Virus record (IMG/VR): IMGVR_UViG_2740892229_000012
Direction: 5' to 3' (one strand)
DNA: 8,918 nucleotides
Source of the DNA: a virus
Taxonomy: Duplodnaviria; Heunggongvirae; Uroviricota; Caudoviricetes
Shown here: piece after piece, positions 7,752-8,918 of the stretch
Position numbering within the stretch: the stretch's first letter is position 1
How the letters are laid out: every line of letters starts with the position of its first letter
Made by a program: the position numbers and the translations under genes
The notes under the pieces: generated by a model
What the model was told of the DNA's origin: nothing
Databases searched by the model: none
Seen by the model: only the letters and a program-made list of their open reading frames with translations

Positions 7752-8374
7752 TGCAGGATATTCACGAAGAAAGTCTGAACGAGTCGGTTAAGTCAGAGCA
7801 GTCACCGCGGGTGGTGCTCTGGGAAATCGACCTGACGGTGCAGGGCGGTGAGCGGTATTTTTTCTGCAATGAGCTGAATGAAAAAAGGGAGCCGGTGACC
7901 TGGCAGGGGCGGCAATATCAGGCGTACCCGATTGAGGGCAGTGGCTTTGAGATGAACGGAAAGGGCAGCAGTGCCCGCCCGTCGCTGACGGTGTCCAATC
8001 TGTTCGGTCTTGTCACCGGGATGGCGGAGGATTTGCAGAGCCTGGTGGGTGCCACGGTGGTCCGCCGCCGGGTGTATGCGCGTTTTCTGGATGCGGTGAA
8101 CTTTGTGGCAGGCAATCCGGAGGCCGACCCGGAGCAGGAGCTGACTGACCGGTGGGTGGTGGAGCAGATGTCATCGCTGACGGCCATGACGGCCTCGTTT
8201 GTGCTGGCCACACCGACCGAGACGGACGGGGCGCTGTTTCCCGGTCGCATCATGCTGGCGAACACCTGTATGTGGACCTACCGCTCTGATGAGTGTGGTT
8301 ACACGGGCGGGGCTGTGGCGGATGAGTTCGATAAACCCACCACCGATATCCGTAAGGACAGATGCAGCAAGTGC
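7751..8374 (+). CDS. L: Minor tail protein L (lambda gpL homologue), 3'-truncated by scaffold gap (208 codons present)
   Basis: ATG 7751 overlaps the M stop (TGATG). The translation from MQDIHEESLNE... (VVLWEIDLT, GERYFFCNE, VTWQGRQYQ, ANTC.WTYR, ECGY, KCSKC) is recognisably lambda L-like. The ORF-track start at 7724 is an upstream extension not supported by the homologue N-terminus. Gene runs into the N10 gap at 8375..8384. Confidence 0.9.
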
Positions 8375-8918
8375 NNNNNNNNNNAATATTCACGAAGAAA
8401 GCCTGAACGAGTCGGTTAAATCAGAGCAGTCACCGCGGGTGGTGCTCTGGGAAATTGACCTGACGGTGCAGGGCGGTGAGCGGTATTTTTTCTGTAATGA
8501 GCTGAATGAAAAAGGGGAGGCGGTCACCTGGCAGGGGCGGCAATATCAGGTATACCCGATTGACGGCAGCGGTTTTGAGATGAACGGGAAGGGCAGCAGT
8601 GCCAGACCGTCGCTGACGGTGTCCAATCTGTTTGGTCTGGTCACCGGGATGGCGGAGGACCTGCAGAGTCTGGTGGGGGCCACGGTGGTCCGCCGCCGGG
8701 TGTATGCCCGTTTTCTGGATGCGGTGAATTTTGTGGCGGGCAATCCGGAAGCGGACCCGGAGCAGGAGCTGAGCGACCGCTGGGTGGTGGAGCAGATGTC
8801 AGAGCTGACGGCCATGACAGCCTCGTTTGTGCTGGCAACACCGACGGAGACGGACGGAGCGCTGTTTCCCGGTCGCATCATGCTGGCGAACACCTGTATG
8901 TGGGATTACCGGGGAGAT
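7757..8918. repeat. Scaffold-overlap duplicate: 7757..8290 and 8385..8918 flank N10 gap 8375..8384
   Basis: 534 bp after the gap replays the L gene from codon 3 onward at offset 628, with roughly 5-7% nucleotide divergence and several amino-acid substitutions. Confidence 0.85.
8385..8918 (+). CDS. L: Minor tail protein L, allele B (divergent second copy), internal fragment truncated at both ends
   Basis: Open in frame from 8385 to the window end (178 codons); translation NIHEESLNESVKSEQSPRVVLWEIDLTVQGGERYFFCNELNEKGEAV... parallels 7751..8290 with substitutions such as R->G, P->A, A->V, E->D, T->S, S->E and WTYRSD->WDYRGD. Confidence 0.8.

Noticed and set aside
874-8918. CRISPR array or genuine tandem gene duplication as the explanation for the repeats
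   Set aside because: Each repeat occurs exactly twice, the copies abut an N10 run on both sides, lengths range from 54 to 534 bp, and the content is ordinary coding sequence. That matches overlapping contig ends, not a repeat-spacer array or biological duplication.
1-8918. Hidden defence or accessory system (toxin-antitoxin, restriction, abortive infection, moron gene)
   Set aside because: The + strand is covered end to end by translationally coupled morphogenesis genes, and the only spacers are under 70 bp and occupied by hairpins and ribosome-binding sites. There is no room for, and no sign of, an inserted cargo gene in this window.

Overview
This window is a contiguous part of the late (virion morphogenesis) operon of an HK97/lambda-like siphovirus prophage of Enterobacteriaceae, with every supported gene on the + strand. 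In order: the 3' part of an unassigned head-module protein, a gp6-like head-tail connector, a head-tail joining protein, an HK97 gp10-family protein, a DUF3168-like tail terminator, a major tail protein with a C-terminal Ig-like domain, the G/GT tail assembly chaperone pair with a -1 frameshift site, a tape measure protein of about 1080 aa, and lambda-like minor tail proteins M and L. Genes are tightly coupled (ATGA or TGATG overlaps); the only real intergenic spacers carry hairpin plus T-tract structures flanking the major-tail/chaperone block. The window is a gapped scaffold: five runs of exactly 10 N are each flanked by a near-identical direct duplicate (about 93-100% identity), so several ORF-track entries (XXXX-containing ORFs, split tape measure, second L copy) are assembly artefacts or a second prophage allele rather than extra genes. 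I see no rRNA, tRNA, CRISPR array, transposase or inserted accessory gene. I do not find a novel defence or accessory system here; the points worth a second look are the frameshift, the Ig-like fusion, the hairpins, the unassigned repeat-containing head protein and the two-allele signal at the gaps. All family assignments come from reading the translations and recall of known phage families, not from any database search.
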